Below are positions 1-15,397 of a stretch of 64,000 nucleotides of DNA, one piece after another. Numbering within the stretch: the first letter of the stretch is position 1; every line of letters starts with the position of its first letter. Under the pieces are notes generated by a model. That model ran no database searches, was not told the origin of the DNA, and saw only the letters and a program-made list of their open reading frames with translations. A program made the position numbers and the translations under genes. Source of the stretch: the human T2T-CHM13v2.0 reference genome, Homo sapiens; NCBI RefSeq assembly GCF_009914755.1, contig NC_060932.1. One strand, given 5' to 3'.

Positions 1-66
1 GTGGTGAGATTTCTCCACCTTCACGGAGGTGGTACCCAGGGGAGGTGGACTTCAGCAGCGAGAATG

Positions 67-196
67 GGCTGGGTGCAGTGGCTCACAGCTGTAATCCCAG
101 TGCTTTGGGAGTTCGAGGCAGGAGAATTGCATGAGCTCAGTTGTTCGAGACCATGGGAGACCCTGTCTCTACAAAAAAAAAAAAAAAAAAAAAAAA
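67..196 (+). mobile_element. Alu monomer (FLAM-like)
   Basis: GGCTGGGTGCAGTGGCTCAC..., single arm, poly(A). Confidence 0.85.
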
Positions 197-779
197 GTGA
201 TAGTAGTCAGACATTCCCGACAGGCAGGACTGTTGAATGTTGGTCTGTGTTACCAGGAGATAACACATTTTAAGCAGAAATAATAGGGGAGAAAGAGGAT
301 CTCAATTATTTCAAGAAAAGCAGGACTTGCTGGGCTTTCAGGGCTAATTAAAGGAAATAGGAAAAGTGAACATGTGTGAGAATCTAAACCTAACAGTTGT
401 TTATTGAAAAGAAGAGAAAGAGTGGAGAGGGAAATGAAGTTTTGATTTTTGCCTTTTTAGGAAATTGGGATATAATTTAGTGTTCGTACTTTAAGTTAGT
501 GTAGAGTTTGAGTGAGAAGAATGAGGAACATAAATATGAATGCTCTGTTAATATAGTGCTTTTCATAGAAATAATGGAATAGAATACGCTTCACTGCCGG
601 GTCTGGAAACCCTCCCTCTGTCAGGGTGATTTAGAAATTGACTGATTTTACCATGGAGGGATGGGATGGGCCACAGGCTGGGGTTTGAAGAAAGAATCTA
701 TAATCCTTTTGGTCTTAACTATTAGGCAAATTTAGCTTCCTGGTCTCAGAAAGAAAAAACACACCCACAAAAAGAAAAA

Positions 780-1095
780 CCCATGCCCGTGGGAACAAGT
801 AACTTCCTCCTCCTGGGGCTGCTTGAAAACCCTAATCTTCCTCTCACCAGGCCAAGTCCCTTCCCTTCTCAGCGGGAGGCCAGCTGGGGCATCCAAAAAG
901 CCACAACGGGCCCTGGGGAGGGAGAATGCACCCGTCTGGGTGAGCAGTTGAACGTGCATTGGCTGAGGTGTGAGGCTCGGGAAATGGCTCTCCAGGCAAA
1001 GACGCTGCTTGGAGGCAACTTTATAATTCTTTGTACCTGGGAAAGTGAAGGGTTGGGCGGGGGGAGTGGGGGTGGGAGCTTTGTCACGTGACCCC
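780..1095. promoter_or_regulatory. Candidate intronic enhancer (PU.1, IRF-like, GC-box/G4 and CLEAR-type E-box motifs)
   Basis: AACTTCCTC at 801-809, GAAAGTGAAG at 1041-1050, G-runs at 1050-1076, GTCACGTGAC at 1083-1092. Motif evidence only. Confidence 0.35.
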
Positions 1096-1609
1096 ACTCT
1101 TTGCTTCTTTGTCTGTCCTCCAACTTAACATGGCTTGAGGCTGAAAAACAGAATTCCTCATTTTTTACTCAGTGACAAAATCAGAGAAAAAAGTCAATGC
1201 CAATTGAAAAAGACATCTGCAAACATAGAACTGTTTTTTCTGCCAAATATGTGAGCATGGGCTGTAAATATAGTAAAATAATTCAGCAGATTAATTGTGG
1301 GAAGGCCAGTGTGAGTTGGGGAAGAATCTGAAACCTGGACCACTAGAATTCCAGTAAAGTGAAGAGAGGGATAGAATTGAGGTAGAGCTGGGGGACTTGG
1401 GGACGCATCAGACATTATCTGGAGTGCTGTGAAAATTACACCGCTTTCTTTGTTAGCAGGATTCCCATTCATAAAGCCTCTTTAGCAATTTTTGTTTAAC
1501 AATTTTGTTTGTGCAGAATGTCACAGCAACATTTCTTAAGTGTGATCATGTCACTATAACCTGGCTTTCCTTGTTTTGGAGGACGGGGGCGGATAATGGG
1601 AAGTAACGC

Positions 1610-1810
1610 ATTGTTTACTTGCTCTGAGAGAGCATTTAACATATGCTATTTCATTTAATCCTCATGGTGACCCCTGATGGAGGACTGTTATCTACCCTTC
1701 ACAGATGAGGAAAATGAAGTTTAATGAAGTAACTTGCTTATGTTTATATGTCTGTTAATAAATGGAAGAACAAGGATAGACCCAATTTCCCCTCATTCCA
1801 AAGTCCTTTG
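1610..1810 (-). mobile_element. MIR remnant
   Basis: TCATTTAATCCTCA...ACAGATGAGGAAAATGAAG resembles the antisense MIR core. Confidence 0.6.
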
Positions 1811-1828
1811 CTGCTTTACTTCAGGAAA

Positions 1829-2146
1829 TTTTTTTTTTGAGACAGTATCTCACTCTGTTGCCCAGGCTGGAGGGCAGTGGCATAAATCTTGGCTCACTGC
1901 AAGCTCCGCCCCTCCCCCCCTTGCCCTTCCCCACCACCCCCCCACCGGGTTCCAGCAATTCTCCTGCCTCAGCCTCAGCGGGATTATAGGCATGTGCTAC
2001 CACGCCTGGCTAATTTTTGTATTTTTAGTAGAGACAGGGTTTCACCATGTTGGCTAGGCTGGTCTTGAACTCCTGACCTCAGGTGATCTGCCCGCCTTAG
2101 CCTCCCAAAGTGCTGGGATTACAGGCGTGAACCACCGCACCCAGCC
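1829..2146 (-). mobile_element. Alu with C-rich internal insertion
   Basis: Poly(T) start, antisense Alu body. Confidence 0.9.
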
Positions 2147-2574
2147 AGGAAGATTTTTAAGTAAAAGATTTTCAGCCCACATTCTTTGAATGATCACAGA
2201 TTATCAGATAATGGGGGACATTTTGTTTGTTTTCATCGTCTAGATACGTCTGAAACGAAAACAATTTTGGGAGTTAACATTTATTAATCATCTATTATAA
2301 ACCAAATACATTGTAGCTAATAATTAAAATATATTCTATTACGGAATTGCTGCTGACCACAAACTATGGAATAAGCACGTGGAATTTCTAAGTTCACTTT
2401 AATTCAACAACTGGTGCTTTGTTGCTGACTTGGTAACCAGGTGGCCCACTGTGTATGTTTTATTGAAGCAAGTTGTCTGCAAAGAAGCGGGATAGACAGG
2501 GTCTGTCCTCAAGGGGTTTACAGTCTATCGAGGAGAGAGCTATACACGTACTAACTGATAGACACCTCTAGAGT

Positions 2575-2619
2575 TACATAACAGACATAAAGTTGTACAT
2601 AACAGACATAAAGTTGTAC
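2575..2619. repeat. Perfect 21-bp tandem duplication
   Basis: TACATAACAGACATAAAGTTG x2 plus TAC. Confidence 0.9.
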
Positions 2620-3225
2620 TATAAGAGATGTCCTGGGGCTTGGGACGAAATTCCAAATTGATTGTGGAGAGAAGAAATCTGAGGGGAGAAGGATGTGGGC
2701 TGCTGGAGACCAGGCAAGATGGGTTTTGAGTTACGTTTGGAAGACAGGTGAGATTTGCATAAATGGGTAGGAGTGCATGAGCCAAGATGAAAAGGCAGGT
2801 GATGCCACCGTGCCAATTAGGAGTCTAACATTTGGAGTAACACAGGTGATGGTGAGGCAGGTTGAGGCCAGCCTGGGAGAGGCAGGGAGGGGCAGGTTGA
2901 ATATTTCAGGTTTTGTCCTGTTGGCAGGAGTGTTGATAGCAGTATTACAAATGATGGTATATTAGTAATAATAATGTTTAAAATGTATTGAGCATTTACT
3001 CCACTGGATACTCTTTATTCCACAGATATTTACAGAGCATTTACAAGTGCCGAACAATGTTTCTTGCACTGATAATACAAGGGTGTGCAAAACTGACAGG
3101 AATCCCTGCTCTCATGGAGCTTACAGTAACAGAGGAGCGATGGACAGATGATAAAATAGGTACATTCTTCCGTGGGTGCTGTAGGGAAGCATAAGGAAAG
3201 GAGTGGGTGGAGAATGAATGGATAA

Positions 3226-3552
<327 letters not shown>

Positions 3553-3642
3553 TAAAGCCTGGTTCTATGTGTGCCAGTGTATTAATTTATCTAATCAGGT
3601 AAATAATAGGTAGAAGACAGTCTCCGAAGAATTATAAACGTA

Positions 3643-4011
<369 letters not shown>

Positions 4012-4697
4012 TCAGCAACCTGGGATGGTTAGACGTAGCAGGGCTGTTGTAGCAATTAATATTAGGTAGGGTTTAGTAGAGAAAGGAGACCAATATAGGG
4101 AAAAGAAATCAAAACTCACTATCTGCTCCATGCCTTTCCGAGCCTAGAATCCAAGTGCAATTATATCGCAAAACTGACAGGGCTTGAGGGAGGGTGGACC
4201 TAATGAGTAAAATGTGAAGCGAAAGTGACAGGATGACTGAGGGTTTGAGCCTCGGGTGACTGGAATGGTGAGAAAAAACAATTTTCAGTAAGGAAGATGG
4301 AAATTCAATAGAATTGTCTGTCATACTATTTAAGTAATTTAAAAATTTTTTGAAACGAATTGGGGGTGGCCTCTAAGGTACTGATCCTTTCTGAGAGTCA
4401 GTAGTTTCTCCTAATGGCAGTGCGGGCAATGTGAGAGATAAAGCAGGTGGGTCCCGGTGCCAGGAGAACTGCTTCCCCTTCCCAGCACATCTGCTCAGTT
4501 TCCGCCTCTCTGTCAAGCTACACCTGCTCTGTCCTAACCTGCCATCCACTGCTTCCCACTTCCAAAAATTTCTTGCTTACAGATTCCCAAATATGCTTGC
4601 TTCACAGCATTCTGAGTGTCTATAATTTTTTCAAGGCAACCCGACAGCAGAAAAAATACAGGAGAGTTTCAGTTAGTGAATATTTAGGTCAAACAAC

Positions 4698-4987
4698 TTT
4701 TTTTTTTGAGACAGGGTCTTGCTCTGTCCCCACAGGCTGGAGTCAGTGGCACAATCTCAGCTCACTGCAACCTCCGCCTCCTGGGTTCAAGCGATTCTCC
4801 TGCCTCGGCCTCTTGAGTAGCTGGGATTACAGGCGCCTGCTGCCATACCCACCTGATTTTTGTATTTTTAGTAGAGATGAGGTTTCACCATGTTGGCCAG
4901 GCTGGTCTCGAACTCCTGACCTCAAGTGATTTGCCTACCTCGGCCTCCCAATTGTTGGGATTAGAGGCGTGAGCCACCGCGCCCGGC
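4698..4987 (-). mobile_element. Alu
   Basis: Antisense Alu; TSD-like TCAAACAACTT on both sides. Confidence 0.92.
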
Positions 4988-5511
4988 CAAGATCAAACAA
5001 CTTAATAAATGTTTGTTATAATGACTTAGTGCCATTTGAAAAAAAAAAATACACATACATTGAAAGAAAAATATGTTTTTATATTATTCTTAAATGACCA
5101 CAGTTATTCTCAAATGGGATGTGTACACCCTGCCGCACAACTTCTCCAACCTTAGAATCATATTGGACACCCACATTCTCACTTTCTGGTGGTACTTGTT
5201 TTTTCTTTTTCTTTCTTTTTTTTTTTTATTATAGCAACCACAGAAAACCCAGTTTTACAAATATATGCTGCTGTTGAAAGGAAGATAGCATGATCTAATG
5301 TTGAAACAGCACTACCTTGAGTGAGTACCTCTCACGATGTGTGAGAGATGTCATTGTGTTTCCCTTGAAAATTTGAAATATCCCAGGGCACCTCTGTGAC
5401 TTCACCATGGCACCGGGAGGGCCTCAAAACACAGTTTGGGAATCATGGTACAGGCCTGTTCTATACCATCTGTTTTCCTTCTCAATTTTATGGCACTTCT
5501 TGGCATCCTCA

Positions 5512-5813
<302 letters not shown>

Positions 5814-5955
5814 GCATCCTCATTTTTAAGAAAATAACTGGATCCAGCCATGACCTTCCATTTCCTCTTTTTCACCTTTAAACTCCTAGAGTGAGTTTAC
5901 AGTGACTCTCCAGTTCACTTCTAGTATCATATACTGCAGATATGTCACTTGGTAA

Positions 5956-6615
<660 letters not shown>

Positions 6616-8012
6616 TAAAATCCTTGGCTAGGTTCAAATTATTGCCTGGCTTTTGACCTTCATACTTTACCACAAGCTCATGAATATGCCAGGCCTTAAG
6701 GGAGAAGGGCTTTCTATGTCTTTGTCTTCTGTGAACCCATTTAAACTCCACCACAGCCATGCGGGGATGGGCGTTATTATTACCTTTTTCATGGGTGAGG
6801 AAGCAGGCCGCCCGTGACACCAAGGCATCAGAATGGAACGGAAACACCATCTAGAGGTGCTGCCTGTCCACAGTTATGGCCAGGTTCCTGAGGACACCCT
6901 GGACGCTGGTGACTGGTATAAATAAGTGTCTTGCTGTGTTTGATTTTTAATTTTTACAACTATATTTTTATAAAAGTAAATCATTATAGCTCATTGTGGA
7001 CACTTTAGCAATGAAGAAAAAGAAAAACCAACTCACCACAGAAGCATACAAGTGTTTATGTAAAAATTTTTGATTCAGTTTAATTTGATTTTAATATTGC
7101 TTCCAAACATTTTTATTATGTAATCATAATGTATATAAAACTTTTTATCTTGTTTTATAAAAATTAAATTATAAGCATTTTTTATTTAATTACACAATTA
7201 TTTTAGCCATCCTTAAGAAATCTTTATCACTTTCAAGGTGATTCTTGCACATAATTTAAAAACCAAATAACTACAAAGCTTTAACATAAAACAGCAGATT
7301 CCTGCCCTACCTTCCTGAAGCCTCTCCCACGTAGATTTACCCCCCAGATCCAACCACTTCCTTATCTTCAACTCAGTGGCTCTATTATATCCATTGAATG
7401 GCATCATGCAGTTTGTGTACCTGCTGCCCATCCTGTGTTTACTTAATTGAGTTACTGAATGGTTGATTGAGAGCAATGGTTCTGCAGGATTAGTAAACGC
7501 TGATAAAGGCCTGTTGACTATGCATGTATAGATGTGTAAGTTCAGAGCTACATTATCAGATGTACTTTGCCTTGCCATTTTATAAGCCTAATTTAACTGT
7601 GCATTTCTTTTATCATAAATGGCTATGGGCGTATTAGGAGTGATGACTTTATTATTAAACATTAATAGATCTCCCAGCTCTTATCAGTTATTTTCTGAAC
7701 CTAAAATTGAAGAAGTTTGGGAATTAAGCCAAGAAGATCTAATGAAATTCTATTGTATTTTAAACCATAATTATTAAGACACAGCAGGTAACGGCCTGCC
7801 CTTGATAATTGTAAAGACTATTGGGTGTTAAGAAGAAGCACATTATGTGGATACATGCAACTTCTTGTAGAAATATTTTCAGGCAGCCCTCTTTTTAAAA
7901 ATGGAGGATCCCTTTTCAGAAATACTGATTCCCAAGCATGTGGGCTGGTGTCTGTGCTGCCACAATATACTTTTAAAAAAATTAATAGACTTTATTTTTT
8001 AGAGCAGTTTTA

Positions 8013-8077
8013 CATTTGTCTGTTTTTTACTGCTCCTTGTGGAGCCCGGCTAACTCCTAGGCAGTGCGCCCAGAGCT
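8013..8077 (-). mobile_element. Short A-tailed retro-insert with 9-bp TSD, source unidentified
   Basis: GCAGTTTTA duplicated at 8004-8012 and 8078-8086; the minus strand reads ...GGAGCAGTAAAAAACAGACAAA. Confidence 0.65.
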
Positions 8078-8702
8078 GCAGTTTTAGATTCAGATAAATT
8101 AGGCAGAAATTACAGATAATTGCCATCTAGCCATCACTGACTTCCCACCCTCAACCAGCTTATTATTAACATATAATTAACTCCTGTAATGAACATGTTA
8201 CATTAGTGTGGTACATTTGTTATCACTGATAAGCCAATGTTGATACATTAATTAAAATCTACAGTTTTCATTAGGATTCACTCTTGGTGTAGTACATTTC
8301 ATGGATTTTGACAAGTGTATAATGACATGTATTCACCATTACAGTCATATAGAATAGTTTCACTGCCTTAAAAATCCCCCATTCTTCACATGTTTATTCC
8401 TCTATTCCCGAAACCTCTGGCAACCACTGATCTTTTTAGTGTCTCCATAGTTTTACCTTTTCCAGAGTGTCATACGGTTGGAATCACACAGTATGTAGCC
8501 TTTTCAGATTGGCTTCTTTCACTTAGTAATATGCATTTAAGGTTCCTCTATGTCCTTTCATGGTTGATAGCTTATTTCTTTTAAGCACTGAATAGTGTTC
8601 TGTTGTCTGGATATAAAATGGATAAATATTTTATTTATCCATTCACCTAATGAAGGTCATCTCAGTAGCTTCCAAGTTTTGTCAATTAGGAATAAAGCTG
8701 CT

Positions 8703-9010
8703 GGCCAGGTGCGGTGGTTCACGTCTGTAATCCCAGCACTTTGGGAGGCAGAGGCAGGCGGATCACTTGCAGTCAGGAGTTCGAGACCAGCCTGGCCAAC
8801 ATGGTGAAACCCTGTCTCTATTAAAAATACAAAAATTAGCTGTGTGTGGTGGCGGGTGCCTGTAATGCCCAGCTACTCAGGAGACTGAGGCAGGAGAATT
8901 TTTTGAACCTGGGAGGCAGAGGTTACAGTGAGCCAAGATCACACCACTGTACCCCTGCCTGGGTGACAGAGCGAGACTCTGTCCCAAGGGGGAAAAAAAA
9001 AAGAAAGAAA
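8703..9010 (+). mobile_element. Alu nested in L1
   Basis: Sense Alu; TSD-like AAAGCTGCT. Confidence 0.92.
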
Positions 9011-9275
9011 GCTGCTATAAACATCTATGTGCAGGTTTTTGTGTGTACATACGTTTTCAACTCACTTGGGTAAAAATCAAGGGGCACAGTTGTTGGGTCA
9101 TATGGTAAGGGTATTGTTTAGTTTTATAAGAAACTGCAAGACTGTCTTCCAGAATGGTTGGGTCATTTTATGTTCCCCAGCAATGAATTGGAGTATCTGT
9201 TGCTCTGCCTCTTTGCCAGCATTTGGTGTAGTCAGTGTTTTAGATTTTTCCTGTTTAATAGGTATATAGTAGTAG

Positions 9276-9818
<543 letters not shown>

Positions 9819-9904
9819 TAATCTGTGGCTTGTCTTTTTATTTTCTTAAGAAAGTGTCTTTCACAGAGCAGAAGTTTTAGATTTTAATGAAGTTCAATTT
9901 ATAA

Positions 9905-9971
9905 TTTTTTCTTTCATGGATCATTTTTTCTTTCATGGATCATTTTTTCTTTCATGATCATGGATCATTTT
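9905..9971. repeat. 19-bp tandem repeat (about 3 copies) inside an L1
   Basis: TTTTTTCTTTCATGGATCA repeated. Confidence 0.85.
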
Positions 9972-10759
9972 GATGTTGTATGTAAAATGTCATCACCAAA
10001 CCCAAGGTCATCTAGCTTTTCTCCTATGTTATCTCCTAGGAGTTTTATAGTTTTTTGTTTTTCCTTTAGGTCTGTGATTCATTTTGGGTTGATTTTTGTA
10101 ATAGATGTAAGATCCGGGTCTAGATTATTTATTTACATACTTATTTATTTACTTACATGTGGATATACAGTTGTTCCAGTACCACTTATTGAAAAAAATA
10201 TCCTTTCAGTGTTGAATTGTCTTTGCTCTTTTTGAAAGATCAGTTGACTATATTTGTGTGGTTCTATTTCTGGGCTGTTTATTCTATTCATATGTACTGA
10301 GTCTTTTTGTTACTTTCAGTGAAGATAAAATCTATTTGTAGCTAATCTTGGTTTGTCTTTGACTCTTAGTTTCCTCATGAGAAGCAGGGATCCGTAGAAT
10401 AGATCCTTCTTACTGTTTCTTCCATCTTTACTGCGTGAGATTAGTGAGACTAAGTGAGACTAAGACTTAGTGAGACTAAGAATACAGTCGGGATGATGCT
10501 TTTCTCATAGAAAATCTCTGGATCTGTTTCAACAGCTACCAGATCTGTGTATGTGTCTTTGTGTCTGTCTGTGTGTGTACAGGCATAGTGGCAGATGTGA
10601 TTTCTGGTTATGTCCTTTACATTTTATAACAGGATATTAAACTTAACATTCATGAATGAGTAAGAAAGCATATTTTGCCCCAATCTGTAACAGAAAATAT
10701 CAATAATTGAGTTATTACCAGCAATTAAAACATCAGATTTCCTGGCATGAAGCTTTCAT

Positions 10760-10956
10760 AAGGGGATATTTGGCAATGTTTGAAGACATTTTTGGTTGTC
10801 ACAACTGGTAGCTGGGAGGCCTGGAGAGGTGCTACTGGCATCCAGTGGGTAGAGGCCAAGGATGCTGCTAAGTATCCTACAATACACAGAACTGTCCTCT
10901 AGAACAAATAATTTTCTGGCTTGAAATGTCAGTAGTGCTGAGGTTGACAAACCCTG
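10760..10956 (+). mobile_element. MER20 DNA transposon relic
   Basis: GGGGATATTTGGCAATG...GACATTTTTGGTTGTCACAACT...GTGCTACTGGCATCCAGTGGGTAGAGGCCAAGGATGCTGCTAA...GCTGAGGTTGACAAACCCTG resembles MER20. Confidence 0.82.
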
Positions 10957-11020
10957 TTGTAGAGAAGCAGATTTATTTATATCCATGGATATGTTTTCCT
11001 CTTTGCCTTGTCCTCTAGAT

Positions 11021-11335
11021 CAGGCATCCCCAACCCCTGGGCCATGGACTGGTACTGGTCTGTGGCCTGTTAGGAACTGGGCCACACAGCAGGAGGTGAA
11101 CAGCAGTTGAGCAAGCATTACTGCCTGAACTCTGTCTCCTGTCAGATCAGCGCCATAGTAGATTCTCATAGGGGCGTGAACCCCATCGTGAACTGCACAT
11201 GTGAGGGATCTAAGTTATGTGCTCCTTGTGAAACAGTTTCATCCTGAAACCACCACCCCCCACCTGACCCCGCTCTGTGGAAAAATTGCCTTCCATGAAA
11301 CCAGTCACGGATGCTAAAAAGGTTGGGGACCACTG
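11021..11335 (+). mobile_element. MER1-type hAT-Charlie DNA transposon relic
   Basis: CAGGCATCCCCAACCCC...AAGGTTGGGGACCACTG termini; 8-bp TSD CTCTAGAT (11013-11020) / CTCTAGCT (11336-11343). Confidence 0.88.
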
Positions 11336-12209
11336 CTCTAGCTAACCTAGACTCCTGATGATTTGCCATCTATAGCTAATAAGCAGCAGAAGCTTATGGT
11401 GTGATACAACATTCCACTTCTTTTAGGTGTCTTGAGCTGAGTTTCACTTTTTTGTAATTTCATAATAATTTCTATTATGTTACATGCATTTAGATAAGCT
11501 GACAACTCTTAAAGTGGGACATAAATACACTATTATATGTATTTCTGAATATGGGTGGCTGGATTGTTGATCATAAAAATCTGAATCTGGAAACAAAGTT
11601 GATGTTTAATAACTCTCCTTGGTTGGCTGGATATACATAATTCAGACTCTGCTTTGAATGTCCCCTTCTGGTCCTTTAAATGGTCTATTTCCCTACCTTA
11701 CGTAAGTTTCCATGAGCTCATCTTGTTTTCATAGTGTTCCCTTTTATTGTTAAGAGAAACAAAACCAAAAAACCCCACTTGTTTCAGCAATGCCCTGTTG
11801 TCTTCCTCTGTGTGAAATTGCTCAACTAAGAGTTATGCAAATGGGGATGCGGCACGTGGTGGAGGCTTCTTGCAGCATGTTGATGGGGGACCAAGACCTG
11901 GTCTTGCCTCTTCCTCCTCCCCCTGCTGGCTTCATTCCGGTCATACCAGCTCCTGCTGTGGCCATCAGCTCATCCCAGGACCTTGGCAGGGCCTGTTTCT
12001 TTTACCTCACACTGAAGCCCCAAACTCTTAGGCTCCAGTAATCCTCCCAGCTTGGCCTCCAGTGCACTGGGATTAGAGATGTGAGCCCCCATGCATGGCT
12101 ACTCTCTAAGTTCTTACTCCCACGGACAATTAGAGTTTGAAGGACCTTAGGCCATGGGTTCAGATTATCTTATTTTGCTTCAAAATTTTAAAAACTTTTT
12201 TATTTTTCT

Positions 12210-12640
12210 GTCATATACATATACGTGTGTGTATATATATATAAGTTATATATATATAACTTGTATATGTTACTTTTTATATATAATAAAATATATTATA
12301 TTTTTAAATAAAATATATTATATTTTAAAATATAATATGTAACTCGTACATAGCACATATTATATGTAATGTATCCTATACATAACCTTATGTTGTACAT
12401 AAATATGTATATTGTTTACCTATTGTACTATATGTACATGTATAACTTGTCTATGTATTATGTATTATAATAAAATACATTGATACTTGTATACATAATT
12501 TGTACACAATGGAAAACATTTTTAAAATTTTAGACTAAGGGGAACTGAGCACAAAACCTAAGGGCCTCGAAACTCTGATTTTATACATATATAAAATTAT
12601 ACATATATGTATATAAAATATACCTTTTAAATAAGGTATA
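12210..12640. repeat. AT-rich low-complexity (TA-rich) tract
   Basis: Runs of TATA/TATG with very low GC. Confidence 0.7.
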
Positions 12641-13560
12641 TATGATGGGAAAATTAAAAATTTGCAAGGGCAAAACCAAAAATAGCTGTAGATGAACATT
12701 GCGGTAGTTTAGCCTATTTCTTTTCAGACTTTTTTCTATTCATTTGTACCTTTTCCCTCACAAAATGATATCATGCTATATATACTGTTTTTACATTTTT
12801 TCACTTAAATATATTGTGAATATCTTTTTATGTCAATAAATATATATGTATTAAAATTTAATAGTCACTTAGTATTCTTTTGTGTTGAAGTATCATGTTC
12901 TAGATCAATTTTCCAAAAGCCAGTTACCAGAAGGGCAATTTGATGTTTTCTCAAATGTTACACCGTACCAGAAGACTTGTTTCTTTTAACTACTTGAATA
13001 TTATTTTTATTTAAAAAACTTTATGCATTTTTAATGTGCTTTTGCTAGTTCTTCAAATGACATATCAACATTGTTTCTGCAATTAGAAAAAATAAAATTT
13101 AAATTTATAAGCCTCAAAAAGAAATTGTAAGTGACCAAATCATTTCCAACACATATGACATGCTTAAACTTTAGTTTCTGAGAAGGTGAAATTAGGATGT
13201 GTTAACCTGGCAGCTGTTTGCAAAACCATTTGAGTTGAAAGGATAGAACCATCCTGAAATAAGGAAAGGAAGTGTTCCTGTGCATAGGGATACCAGAAAG
13301 AAGCAGAAGACTTGAATCTCAAATGTAATAAAAGATGACATTAAGGTTGAAGAATTTTTTAAAAATTAAAATTCTAAAAATGTAAGGAGAGGTAAAGCAA
13401 GAAGTGAATTAGGAAACTACAGAAACAACCATATCTCACATTAAACTTAAGCTACTAATTACTAGTGACAGATTAATATAGTTCTAAGAAGACTCAATAA
13501 TCCTTAGCTTTCTAAAAAATAGAACATTTGTCAAAATCTTTTAAAACAATTATATATATA

Positions 13561-14286
<726 letters not shown>

Positions 14287-15095
14287 AGAATTACTATACT
14301 CTTAAGCTATGAAAGCACCACAACTAATACCAACTGTTATAAACTTAAGCTGTTAAAACTATCCCATCTAATATGACATTACGTAAATCTGAAATAATTA
14401 AAAGATACCAATTTTGGTGAACTGATCATCTTGTAAGTTGAAAACCCTCACAGAACTGGCTTTGGTGATGTGAATTTTGAGAGCTGATCTGCATTTATTT
14501 AACCAGTGACCTATAATTTGACAAACAAGCCTATTTCTATATGGTATTCCAAACAGTCCCACAATAAGTATTCTCTTGTATAGAACTTTGTGTAGCCCCC
14601 AGTTATTTTCTTATAAGTAATTTATTCCAAGAAGTGGTCATGTTGGGTTAAGAAGTGTGTACATTCTAACGGAGTTTAATATGTACTGTCAAGTTAAAGA
14701 TTGTATCACTTATCCTCTCATGCCAAGCCCAGTGATTTCATTTTATGGTGAGGCAATTACAGTCCAGAGAAAAGAGTGGTTTTGTCGATAATTACAGGAC
14801 TGTCAAGGCTGGACTCCACAGACAGGCTTCCTGAGTTCAACACTGTCTCATTATCCTCTTTGCACTCCCTTCCAGGCAGAGCCACATTTCCCTTTCAGTT
14901 TCTCTGTTCTAGATGCCAATCTTCCATATACCTCTTTAATTGTCTTGCAATTCTTTTCTGGAAACATTCTAGTAAATGCAGTGATTAAAACTGTGCCCAG
15001 TGCTGCTGCCCCTTCACATTGTGGATAACTAGATGACCCTGGGTCTACCTACGGCTGTGCTTATGTCTTGTGGCAAATAATAAAGAAGGAGCTTT

Positions 15096-15397
<302 letters not shown>

